Shown in pieces: positions 1-8,067 of a DNA stretch of 19,164 bases. Origin of the DNA: Candidatus Undinarchaeota archaeon. Lineage in GTDB: Archaea > SpSt-1190 > JASMDC01. The notes below the pieces were generated by a model. That model saw only the letters and a list, made by a program, of their open reading frames with translations, was not told the DNA's origin and did not search any database. A program made the position numbers and the translations under genes. The DNA lies in NCBI GenBank assembly GCA_964519305.1, contig CAZFHY010000031.1:1-19164 (forward strand), given 5' to 3'. How positions within the stretch are numbered: position 1 is the stretch's first letter; each line of letters starts with the position of its first letter.

Positions 1-3000
1 AAGAAGCGTATGGATGGCGGTGAGTACGTAGCCATCTACTATGCTGGTCCGATCCGTAGCGCTGGTGGTACTGCTAACGCGCTATCCGTGCTTATCACTG
101 ATTTCCTGCGTTCGAAGTTCGGTTACCAGTCGTACGATCCACTTGATAATGAAGTGGAGCGGTTCGTCACAGAGCTCGAGGACTATGACTCAAAGATCAC
201 GAACCTCCAGTTCAGGGTGTCGGCCAAAGACATCCGGACAATGGTACGTCACATCCCTGTCGAAGTGAGCGGTGATGCCACTGAGAAACTGGAGGTCCTT
301 TCCTACAAGGACCTCGAACGTGTCGAGACCAATAATATCCGGTCGGGCGTATGTCTAACACTATCCTGTATCTACGGTAAAGCATTCAAGCTCCTAAAGC
401 GTGTCAAAGGGAACCTTTCCGGTTTCGAACTCGACCACTGGACGTTCCTTGAACAGATGATGTCAAAGGGAAAGAAAGAGGAGAAGACGTCCGGTCCGAA
501 AGGAGTCGAACCCTCCTTCAAGTACATGGGTGAGCTCCCTGGAGGGCGCCCGGTCTTCTCGTACCCGTCCCGGGCAGGCGGATTCCGTCTCAGGTACGGC
601 CGTAGCAGGAACACGGGTTTCGCTGCTTGTGGCATCCATCCTGCCACGATGGTCGTTACGGACGAGTTCATCTCTGTTGGTACACAGCTCAAGGTAGAGT
701 ATCCAGGAAAAGCGACCGTCGCCATGCCAGTGGACGGCATCGAGGGACCGATCATCAAGACCAAGAACGGTTCCGTGGTACGTGTAACGTCGATAGAGCA
801 GGCACGCGAACTAAAGGGGAATATCGAAAAGATACTCTTCATGGGGGACCTCTTGGTCGGTTTTGGTGAGTTCGCAACGAACGGAAAGAAGCTCCTGCCC
901 GCCGGCTGGTGCGAGGAGTGGTGGGAGGGGCTCGTGAGGGAGAGAAACGAAGAACCTAGCACACCTGGTACGTTCTCCGAAGCACTCTCGATCTCACAGC
1001 GGTTAGATATCCCTCTCCACCCGCGATGCACACACTTCTACTCTGACCTGTCACGGGACCAGCTGTCCGAACTGGTACGATGGCTAGGGACAGGTTCCCT
1101 CGAGCGTGTTCCCCGTGATGATACAGATGAGGGTACTTTCCTCTACCTCAGGCTCAAACATGATGATGCTGGCAAGGATGCTCTCGAGATCGCGTGCATA
1201 CCGCACTCGGTGACCGACAGTGAAGTGGTCATTGAGGGGGAAGCAGAAGAGGTCCTCGTCACTCTAGGCATATTGGATGGCGACAAACTCGATCCCTCGC
1301 GACTGTTGGGGGTCCTGGACGAACTACAGGACTCATCTGCTCTAGAGGCAATCAATGCTGTTTCACCGGTCATGATCAAACCTTTCGCGCCATCCTACAT
1401 CGGTACGAGGATGGGTCGTCCAGAAAAAGCGGAGAGACGCATCATGAAGGGATCGCCCAACCTTCTTTTCCCTGTTGGGCGTGATGATGCAGGGGAGAAG
1501 AAGCAGCGCTCGCTCATCAAAGCAGCTCAACACAAGAGCGTGCGTGTAGAGCTTGGAAAACGCTTCTGCCCTGAATGCAAGGAATTCACCTTTTTAGCGA
1601 ACTGTCCTACCTGTGGGAGTATCACCGAACAACGAAGAGTATGTGCGCGGTGCGGCCAGGTTACGAACCTAGATATGCACTGTGAAATACCTACTAAGAG
1701 ATCGGACAACTACTTCCTATCGTTCAAGCAGCTCATCGAGGCAGCAGCAGGTAACGTGGGTGAACGGGTGCCGGCCGAACTGAAGGGGGTTGTCGGTATG
1801 AGCTCACGCTCCAAGATACCAGAGCGTATCGAGAAAGGGATACTTCGTGCCAAGCATCGTGTGCTGGTGAACAAGGATGGAACGATAAGGTTCGACGGTA
1901 CGGATACTCCGATTACGCATTTCACCCCCAAGGAAATCGGTACATCGGTGGAGCGTCTAAGAGAGCTCGGATACGTCGAGGACGTACATGGGAAGGTGCT
2001 CGAACAAGAAGATCAAGTTGTCGAACTCCTCCCTCAAGATATCCTTGTATCTGATTTCAGGGATTCTGACGGTAAGATCGCTTCGGGAGCTGACTACTGT
2101 ACTCAGATCTGCAACTTCGTCGATGACCTCCTTGAGAAGTACTATGGAATGCCACGATTCTACAACGTTTCATGTCGTGAGGACCTCGTAGGACATCTTG
2201 TGATCACGCTTGCACCACATACATCAGCAGCTATCATGGGAAGGATCATCGGATTCACACCCGCCAGAGTATACTATACCCATCCTCTGCTCATTGCTGC
2301 ACGGAGACGGAATGCGGATGGTGATGAAGATTCGATATCGATGGCTCTCGATGCTCTCCTCAACTTCTCACGATCGTTCCTTCCTGATACACAGGGTGCC
2401 CGGACCATGGACGCCCCTCTCGTGCTCACGCTTATACTGAACCCGTCCGAGATAGATGACGAGGTTTGGGACATGGACACAAGTCAAAGCTATACTCCTG
2501 CGTTCTACGAGATGACGTATGATTACCCTGATCCAAAGGATGCAAAAAAAGCGCATAATGTAGAGCAGTATGCAGATCGGATTGGTAAGAATTCCCAGTA
2601 TGAGGGTCTTGGATTCAACATAGGAACGAGCGATGTTAGTGCTGGACCTACTATTACTGCGTACAAGTTCTTAGGAAGTATGCTCGAGAAAGTGGACGCG
2701 CAACTTGAACTTGGACGTAAGATTCGTGCGGTGAACGAAGACGGCGTTGCTGGTCTCGTTCTAGGAACACACTTTCTTAGTGACATAAAAGGGAATATCC
2801 GCACTTTCACCAGACAGAAGATCCGATGCATCACATGTAACTCAAAGTATCGTCGAATCCCTCTTACAGGCGTATGTACAAAATGTGGTGGTAAGTTAAT
2901 CCTTACAGTCGCTCCAGGAAGTGTTTCAAAGTACATCGAACCTTCAACAAAGATCGCTGAGAACTTTGAGATAACGCCGTATCTTAATCAGCAACTGGAA

Positions 3001-3078
3001 GTAGCGTCACGACGTCTTCTGTCCATGTTCGGAAAAGAAAAGCACCAGCAAGTAGGTCTGGATGCTTTTCTTTCATGA
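1..3078 (+). CDS. polC: DNA polymerase II (PolD) large subunit DP2, 5'-truncated by the window edge
   Basis: DP2 motifs YYAGPIRSAGGTA, GGFRLRYGRSRNTG, RMGRPEK, KDGTIRFD, LAPHTSA, catalytic RRRNADGDED, MDAPLVL. Zn-binding CxxC pairs (CPEC/CPTC, CITC/CTKC) and a C-terminal PIP-like QVGLDAFL. The frame is open from base 1, so ATG 10 is probably internal. No intein-sized insertion seen. Confidence 0.98.
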   Translation, partial: KKRMDGGEYVAIYYAGPIRSAGGTANALSVLITDFLRSKFGYQSYDPLDNEVERFVTELEDYDSKITNLQFRVSAKDIRTMVRHIPVEVSGDATEKLEVLSYKDLERVETNNIRSGVCLTLSCIYGKAFKLLKRVKGNLSGFELDHWTFLEQMMSKGKKEEKTSGPKGVEPSFKYMGELPGGRPVFSYPSRAGGFRLRYGRSRNTGFAACGIHPATMVVTDEFISVGTQLKVEYPGKATVAMPVDGIEGPIIKTKNGSVVRVTSIEQARELKGNIEKILFMGDLLVGFGEFATNGKKLLPAGWCEEWWEGLVRERNEEPSTPGTFSEALSISQRLDIPLHPRCTHFYSDLSRDQLSELVRWLGTGSLERVPRDDTDEGTFLYLRLKHDDAGKDALEIACIPHSVTDSEVVIEGEAEEVLVTLGILDGDKLDPSRLLGVLDELQDSSALEAINAVSPVMIKPFAPSYIGTRMGRPEKAERRIMKGSPNLLFPVGRDDAGEKKQRSLIKAAQHKSVRVELGKRFCPECKEFTFLANCPTCGSITEQRRVCARCGQVTNLDMHCEIPTKRSDNYFLSFKQLIEAAAGNVGERVPAELKGVVGMSSRSKIPERIEKGILRAKHRVLVNKDGTIRFDGTDTPITHFTPKEIGTSVERLRELGYVEDVHGKVLEQEDQVVELLPQDILVSDFRDSDGKIASGADYCTQICNFVDDLLEKYYGMPRFYNVSCREDLVGHLVITLAPHTSAAIMGRIIGFTPARVYYTHPLLIAARRRNADGDEDSISMALDALLNFSRSFLPDTQGARTMDAPLVLTLILNPSEIDDEVWDMDTSQSYTPAFYEMTYDYPDPKDAKKAHNVEQYADRIGKNSQYEGLGFNIGTSDVSAGPTITAYKFLGSMLEKVDAQLELGRKIRAVNEDGVAGLVLGTHFLSDIKGNIRTFTRQKIRCITCNSKYRRIPLTGVCTKCGGKLILTVAPGSVSKYIEPSTKIAENFEITPYLNQQLEVASRRLLSMFGKEKHQQVGLDAFLS

Positions 3079-3117
3079 AAAAATTCTGAAAATATTAGTG
3101 GAAAAAATCCAATTCTA

Positions 3118-3230
3118 TTGACCTTATAATCTACTGATAGAATTAAAGATAATCTACTATAATGACATTATAATATACTGTTATAGTTACTATACTATAC
3201 TACTATATGACCATCTAATTTACTGGTAAT
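3118..3230 (+). repeat. AT-rich array of degenerate direct repeats (consensus TGACNTTATAATNTACTG), about 22 bp period
   Basis: Full copies TGACCTTATAATCTACTG (3119), TGACATTATAATATACTG (3163), TGACCATCTAATTTACTG (3208). Partial cores GATAATCTACT (3148) and TATACTATACT (3191) lie between them. Confidence 0.85.
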
Positions 3231-3231
3231 A

Positions 3232-3239
3232 TTTATCAA
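3232..3239 (+). promoter_or_regulatory. Possible archaeal TATA box for the InsA-like gene
   Basis: TTTATCAA ends 26 bp upstream of ATG 3265, directly after the last repeat. The region is very AT-rich, so specificity is low. Confidence 0.4.
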
Positions 3240-3264
3240 TCTAAACAACCATATTCTTTTCATT

Positions 3265-3717
3265 ATGATCAAGAAGAAACGCAGCAATAAATTCTCTGAT
3301 ATATCCTGTACAAACAAATCATGCAGAAATTTTGATGTGCCTGGACTTGGCAACATAATCAGCAATGGTACTTATCATATTCAGGATGGTATAGTAAGGA
3401 AATTCTTCTGTAGAACATGCAAGAAATCTTTTTGTGATCGAACAAGGACAGCTTTCTATGATCTCAGAACAAAGGAAAAGCTGTTCTTTGATGCTCTGAC
3501 ACTCATTATCAAAGGCAAGAGCATAAGGTCCGTTGCGCGTGATCTTGATACTACTCTTGATACTGTGCGTTCTTGGCTTGCTCGAGCAGCATCACATCCG
3601 GATGATGTGAATCCTACTTTGTCAAATCGTACTGGATTCGATGTCAATAGGCTTAATGAACTATGGTCATCAGTGCGTGCCAAACGTTTTTCTGAATGGA
3701 AGAATCGATACAAATGA
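3265..3717 (+). CDS. IS1-family InsA-like protein (Zn ribbon + HTH) without a DDE domain
   Basis: CTNKSC...NGT...FFCRTCKKSF zinc ribbon, then HTH KGKSIRSVARDLDTTLDTVRSWL. Ends shortly after RLNELWSSV, which resembles the IS1 ExDELWxFV motif. Intact 150 aa ORF; no InsB follows. Confidence 0.85.
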   Translation: MIKKKRSNKFSDISCTNKSCRNFDVPGLGNIISNGTYHIQDGIVRKFFCRTCKKSFCDRTRTAFYDLRTKEKLFFDALTLIIKGKSIRSVARDLDTTLDTVRSWLARAASHPDDVNPTLSNRTGFDVNRLNELWSSVRAKRFSEWKNRYK

Positions 3718-3725
3718 GTTATTGA

Positions 3726-4676
3726 CTACTTACCCTTCTTAATCGCGAAGGCAAGTCCTAGCATTAGCTTTGAGAACAAACCCATCCTCTCCTCTCCTTC
3801 AGATATGCTCGGTTTCTCGGGTATTCTGACATCGCTCACATGATCGTATAGATCCCGTATCCTATCGTCAATATTCTGATTACCTGTAGTATCGTTCTCG
3901 ATATTATCAAGATGACCTCTATCGATTATTTGATCCTTCTTGAAGAAATGAAGAAATTGTCTCTCTTCACTGATTGAGTAATCGATAGTAGCAGGTGATT
4001 GCGAGGAGGGATCACATTCGATATCCATTCTTTCTGTTATCTTTCCATCTTCACGATATTGATGAATAATCATATCGATATGTGGACGATCGCCTTCCCA
4101 CCTAATATTGTGGAACTCGTACACGAGCGCATCATCAGTCGTGTAAGAAGTGACCTTCATTGGAACGGCACTCGTGAGCAGTAGACCGTTCGTCACTTTG
4201 TTTCCAATCTCATCACCGCTCTCTCTGAGGAACGCCTCTACATCATCTAGTGCAAGATGCTCCCAATTTGAGATGAAACATGGTCTATCGTCCTTATTTC
4301 GGAAGCTGATCTCATATCCATGAACTTCTCCCTTATCGTCCGTGAATGCTGGAAGATAATGGCGGTATCCGTTCGCACCAAGGAACGTTTCCTCGACGAG
4401 ATATGGATCCTTGATACCAGCGGCTTTTGCCATTGATAACCATACAAGAGACTGCTCCAGACAATTGCCTTCACCGGACTTCAGCGCTTCTTTAGTGGTC
4501 CTGATCCCATAAGGAGCATCGCCCCTAAGGAGTTCTTCGTATCCATAATCGACGTTATCGACAACCCAATCGTAGATCAAACCAGCCTTCTCAATATCTT
4601 TCATGTCATCGTTTACGATAGTACCAACTATTTCGCTTACAGCTTCCTGGTCGATATACGATATTGGCACTGTCAC
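3726..4676 (-). CDS. Transglutaminase-like (papain-fold Cys) domain protein
   Basis: IYDWVVDNVDY...ALKSGEGNCLEQSLVWLSMAKAAGI...RHY matches the transglutaminase-like core with catalytic Cys and His. The GTG start is supported by a TATA-like box just upstream. Confidence 0.85.
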   Translation of the reverse strand: MTVPISYIDQEAVSEIVGTIVNDDMKDIEKAGLIYDWVVDNVDYGYEELLRGDAPYGIRTTKEALKSGEGNCLEQSLVWLSMAKAAGIKDPYLVEETFLGANGYRHYLPAFTDDKGEVHGYEISFRNKDDRPCFISNWEHLALDDVEAFLRESGDEIGNKVTNGLLLTSAVPMKVTSYTTDDALVYEFHNIRWEGDRPHIDMIIHQYREDGKITERMDIECDPSSQSPATIDYSISEERQFLHFFKKDQIIDRGHLDNIENDTTGNQNIDDRIRDLYDHVSDVRIPEKPSISEGEERMGLFSKLMLGLAFAIKKGK

Positions 4677-4695
4677 TAAATAGCACGATAGTCTC

Positions 4696-4703
4696 GATAT
4701 AAA
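4696..4703 (-). promoter_or_regulatory. Probable TATA box (TTTATATC) for a leaderless transglutaminase-like transcript
   Basis: Minus strand reads GGGAACG-TTTATATC; the box lies 20-27 bp upstream of GTG 4676. Confidence 0.55.
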
Positions 4704-4736
4704 CGTTCCCTTGGTAGTATAGTTGAAATAATGTAG

Positions 4737-4830
4737 TATAGTAGTATAGTATATAGTAATACCAGTAAATTATAATGTCAATATTATCAGTAGATTATAA
4801 GGTCAAATAATCCAGTAACTAATAATTAAA
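4737..4830 (-). repeat. Second array of the same repeat, inverted relative to 3118-3230
   Basis: Plus strand CAGTAAATTATAATGTCA (4763-4780), CAGTAGATTATAAGGTCA (4788-4805) and degenerate CAGTAACTAATAATTAAA (4813-4830), 25 bp apart. TATAGTAGTATAGTATA (4737-4753) is the exact reverse complement of 3191-3207. Confidence 0.85.
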
Positions 4831-4855
4831 TGTACTTCATTACCACGAAAACTAC

Positions 4856-5743
4856 CTATAATGCTAAAACTCTGCCAGCTCTCATCGAACTTAATCCTTC
4901 AGCTTCGTTCTCCAACTCTTCTACTGTTGTTTTCTCACCGTCATTAGTATGAGCGAACAGGTTCTCCAGGTCGAGCTGGAATCTGTACTGACCTAAAGAG
5001 AGGTTGAAACGGACGCCGTTCTTCTCCATGTATTTCTCAGCGAAGTACGGTTTGCTGTGATATCGGCTCGTCTCTTCGATCTCAGTCTTGCGTGAGCCCC
5101 ACCACACTTTCTTGAACTCGCCTTCCTTAATCTTAACATCGACATAGGAGAGTATAAGTCCATCGGTTAGGTGGATATCATCCCGCATATAATTCGCTAT
5201 CTTTACCTCCGACCACCCTTCGCCTTTCCTCAGCTTCATTGCCAAAGCGTCGATTGTCTGCTCGATCTTTCGCTCGTGGATGACCTTTCCGATACCTGAA
5301 CGTTCTCCTTCATCGAGCATACCGTACGCAACGTCCAGAGCGACCAACTCCTCCATCCACTCCGATCCATCATGGAGGGCTGCATGAGTTGCTTCATGAG
5401 CCAGAATATAGTCAACGATTGCAGCGTTCCCGGCATGTTTAGTGTTCACATATATCTCAGTTTCGCTCGGTCCGAGCAATCCAGGTAGCCGGGTAAGCCC
5501 TCCGATCCCGTCATCGAGTTCAGCGTACCAGAGGTTGTCGGTCGAATAGGTGTAATTGGCATCGAAATGCCGATTGACCTTACCGAATATCCAATCACCC
5601 TCGCGTCTCAGATCATATGTCGAATTGATCGTGTCAGCACACTCTGGTGCATTGACGTACTCCCTGATATGGTATTTGAGGTCCTTGACGATCTCCTCAG
5701 TATCGATGAAGTCAACACCGATGGAGTCGATGAGCTCGTCCAT
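4856..5743 (-). CDS. Putative zinc metallopeptidase (HExxH), family unresolved
   Basis: IYVNT...YILAHEATHAALHDGSEWMEE: HExxH preceded by a beta strand, with downstream Glu candidates for the third ligand. 295 aa, acidic, no obvious signal peptide. Confidence 0.7.
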   Translation of the reverse strand: MDELIDSIGVDFIDTEEIVKDLKYHIREYVNAPECADTINSTYDLRREGDWIFGKVNRHFDANYTYSTDNLWYAELDDGIGGLTRLPGLLGPSETEIYVNTKHAGNAAIVDYILAHEATHAALHDGSEWMEELVALDVAYGMLDEGERSGIGKVIHERKIEQTIDALAMKLRKGEGWSEVKIANYMRDDIHLTDGLILSYVDVKIKEGEFKKVWWGSRKTEIEETSRYHSKPYFAEKYMEKNGVRFNLSLGQYRFQLDLENLFAHTNDGEKTTVEELENEAEGLSSMRAGRVLAL

Positions 5744-5778
5744 ACCCTACAACCGAGAACCCCAAGCGGGACCCTCTT

Positions 5779-5786
5779 TTTATAAA
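5779..5786 (-). promoter_or_regulatory. TATA box TTTATAAA upstream of the metallopeptidase gene
   Basis: Consensus archaeal TATA box in an otherwise GC-balanced 96 bp spacer, about 36-43 bp upstream of ATG 5743. Confidence 0.6.
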
Positions 5787-5839
5787 CCTATTGGACAGGC
5801 TTCCCGTCCTCCCATTCGTCACTTACGATAGAACGATTA

Positions 5840-6997
5840 TCATCTGTCACGCGAACGAATGCAATTTGCCACGAGCTCGACGATATCAGCAGCTTGCGCA
5901 TCGGATCCGGACCTTACGAGCCCTTGTGAAATCGCTCCAAGGCATGTTTGACAAACCGTTGCCACGGTTGTCGCTCCCGTTTCGAGCAGTTCACGAACCC
6001 GCTCGTCAGAAATGGCTTCAGATACTTCATTGCGTGTGACCCTCATCCCACCACCTGATCCACAGCACGTGGCGTCGATCCCATGACGGTGCGGTTCCAC
6101 CAGTTGATGTGCCAGTTCTTTAATGACGTTCCTTGGGGCCTCGAATATACCTGCGCCCCGACCGATCTCACACGGATCATGATAGGTTACGATATCATAC
6201 GTGCGGTCGAGCGCGATTCGCTCCTCCTCGATAAGCGTAGCGATGTACTGGGAATGGTGGATAACCTCGACATCGCCCCCAAGACGGCCCTTCAGCACAT
6301 GATAGCAGGAAGGGCACGTGCAAACGACAAGCTCTGCACCGGTAGCGTTGATAGCAGAGATGTTATGTTCTAAGGCCGCTTCTGCCTCATCATCCAGGCC
6401 CAGCATCGATAATGGGGCCCCGCAGCACCATTCTTTCTCACCCAATAGCACAAAACGCTCGCCTGCAGCGTTCATGACCCTTACCATGGACTCGGCCACT
6501 GTTGCATACTGTCCTGAGAAAGATGTCTGACAACCAAGGAAGTACACAACATCCCCCGTCACTCCCACGTGGGGAGATACAATATCTTCTATCATCATTG
6601 ACCAGAGAAGACGTTCGCGCTGTAACATCCCATAGATGTTTCCGTGCTCAGATATCGCATTGGAAAGCTGTGAGACCGTGTCCGGCATTTCCTTACAGGC
6701 ACATACCTTTCCACGAAGGTCCTGGACGACACGGGGAGTATCGACACGTCCTGGACAGACCTCGAGACACCGCCGACAGTAGGTGCAAAGGTAAGTGAGG
6801 TTGCTGAACTGGGAGAGGTTATGAGTTGCCCGCGACAATTGTTGGCTGAACTGGGCGGGACCAAGATACTCTCTGCTCCTTAACGATTCTGAAAGGGGAC
6901 AGACCGTTGTACACGTTCCGCACATGATACATCTGTCGCGTTCGCTCCGTATCCCCGTGACCTTGTTCATGGGCTCAGGTCCCTCTTTTGAGGTCAT
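5840..6997 (-). CDS. glpC: GlpC/HdrD-like Fe-S oxidoreductase (two 4Fe-4S motifs + two CCG domains), likely G3P dehydrogenase subunit C
   Basis: CIMCGTCTTVCP, CTYCRRCLEVCP, WCCGAP, CPSC, YHDPC, CCGSGGG, CQTC. The start overlaps the glpB stop (ATGA). The gene symbol rests on context. Confidence 0.82.
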   Translation of the reverse strand: MTSKEGPEPMNKVTGIRSERDRCIMCGTCTTVCPLSESLRSREYLGPAQFSQQLSRATHNLSQFSNLTYLCTYCRRCLEVCPGRVDTPRVVQDLRGKVCACKEMPDTVSQLSNAISEHGNIYGMLQRERLLWSMMIEDIVSPHVGVTGDVVYFLGCQTSFSGQYATVAESMVRVMNAAGERFVLLGEKEWCCGAPLSMLGLDDEAEAALEHNISAINATGAELVVCTCPSCYHVLKGRLGGDVEVIHHSQYIATLIEEERIALDRTYDIVTYHDPCEIGRGAGIFEAPRNVIKELAHQLVEPHRHGIDATCCGSGGGMRVTRNEVSEAISDERVRELLETGATTVATVCQTCLGAISQGLVRSGSDAQAADIVELVANCIRSRDR

Positions 6998-8067
6998 TGC
7001 GCATCTCCCTCCGAACCGGCCTCGATACCGGTCATCAGCGCATGGCCAAGATCCTTCCTTCCAGGTGTGCGGACCAGTGATCCTGCTGCACGAAGGTTCG
7101 TGAAACCTTCCACATTACAGGAAGCATCAGTATCGAGCCCGGACCGCTGTATCGAGTCAGGATCAAAGGGCTCATGTAGCAGACCGGCCCTAATACCTGT
7201 GATGGGTTCGATGAGCGCTTGCTTGGAAACCACGAGACCTCTTGGGATGAGCCCGCCCGTGGCGAGCACGAAACGATCGCCTTTCAATGTTATCCTGCCC
7301 TCAGGTCCTGCTACACATATCGATGATACCCTCCCCCCATCGTGATCGATTGAGACGGCCATACCTGGTACAACGGACGTCCGCTCCCGAACCGCTCTGA
7401 GCAGACCCAGAGCGAGCCTTGCCCCAGTTACAGAGGGAGGGGGACAGGGTAGTTCGAATACCAAGGGAAGGTCGGCCTTCTCGATACAGTTCCTGACCTG
7501 ACCATGTCCCTCGATCCCGAGCAATGCAGGTATGCAGAGCGGATCATCCGATCCCTCAGCAGCATCCGAGAGGGTGCTGACCAGCAGACCGGGATCGCGT
7601 TCTACTTGCTTTGCGGCCTCATAACAAGTCATTCCGTTATAGACCGGGAGCACACGCATCTCGATCGAGATGTTCTTGCTCGAAAGCGACCATGTCGAGA
7701 GTCCCATGTCTATGTCAGTGATCCCCAGGTCGACCACAGTAACACGATTGAGGTTGGCGATGTCGCCGGCAGCCAAGGATGTCGGTGCGATGTCAGCACT
7801 GAGAGTGGATCCCAATGGGGACAGTAGTTTATGTCGTCGACGACCACCTTCAACGTACCCCAGTTCAGGGAGCTCTTTCGTAAGGAGGGCGAGCGCTCGT
7901 TCCTGCTTGCTACGGTCGATGCCGGAAGGATATGATATGAGCCCCGACGACATGAATGTCTCGCCCAGAGCCCCTCGCACTATTGCGATTCGTTCCTCTC
8001 GTGCAGAAAGGGCGGCCGCACATCCCGCCATACCTGATCCAACGACAACAAGGTCGTACGTTGTCAT
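6994..8067 (-). CDS. glpB: Anaerobic glycerol-3-phosphate dehydrogenase subunit B
   Basis: Flavin-binding VVVGSGMAG, GlpB-type FELPCPPPSVTGARL, FVLATGG, NLRAAGS. Lies between glpA and glpC-like. Confidence 0.88.
   Translation of the reverse strand: MTTYDLVVVGSGMAGCAAALSAREERIAIVRGALGETFMSSGLISYPSGIDRSKQERALALLTKELPELGYVEGGRRRHKLLSPLGSTLSADIAPTSLAAGDIANLNRVTVVDLGITDIDMGLSTWSLSSKNISIEMRVLPVYNGMTCYEAAKQVERDPGLLVSTLSDAAEGSDDPLCIPALLGIEGHGQVRNCIEKADLPLVFELPCPPPSVTGARLALGLLRAVRERTSVVPGMAVSIDHDGGRVSSICVAGPEGRITLKGDRFVLATGGLIPRGLVVSKQALIEPITGIRAGLLHEPFDPDSIQRSGLDTDASCNVEGFTNLRAAGSLVRTPGRKDLGHALMTGIEAGSEGDAQ

Larger units (their letters stand above)
3118..4806. mobile_element. Candidate non-autonomous or domesticated IS1-derived cassette bounded by long imperfect inverted repeats
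   Basis: Perfect 22 bp inverted repeat (3118-3139 / 4785-4806) plus further shared inverted blocks, enclosing the InsA-like and transglutaminase-like genes; low GC. No target-site duplication or catalytic transposase seen. Confidence 0.3.

Noticed and set aside
372-1031. 219 aa antisense ORF in polC
   Set aside because: Shadow frame of a conserved gene, Ser/Pro-rich, no motifs.
3152-3178. Xer/dif site
   Set aside because: The TATAA and TTATA arms are separated by 5 bp, not the 6 bp of dif, and the outer arms match poorly.
3118-3230. CRISPR array
   Set aside because: Units are short, degenerate and nearly abutting, with no 30-40 bp unique spacers; no cas genes in the window.
3680-3725. Programmed frameshift from InsA into InsB
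   Set aside because: No long A-run, the -1 frame stops at 3693-3695, and downstream DNA is the antisense of another gene.
4718-4729. Mini-ORB-like TATAGTTGAAAT (and TTAGTGGAAA at 3095-3104)
   Set aside because: Short, mismatched, without a G-string and in very AT-rich DNA; not distinguishable from chance.
4768-4781. Bacterial sigma70 promoter (TTGACA and TATAAT on the minus strand)
   Set aside because: The hexamers are 1 bp apart instead of about 17, the context is archaeal, and they are part of the repeat unit.
3100-4820. Target-site duplication around the inverted repeats
   Set aside because: Flanks next to the 22 bp repeats differ (AATTCTA vs ATAATCC); the shared AATCCA is offset and expected by chance in AT-rich DNA.
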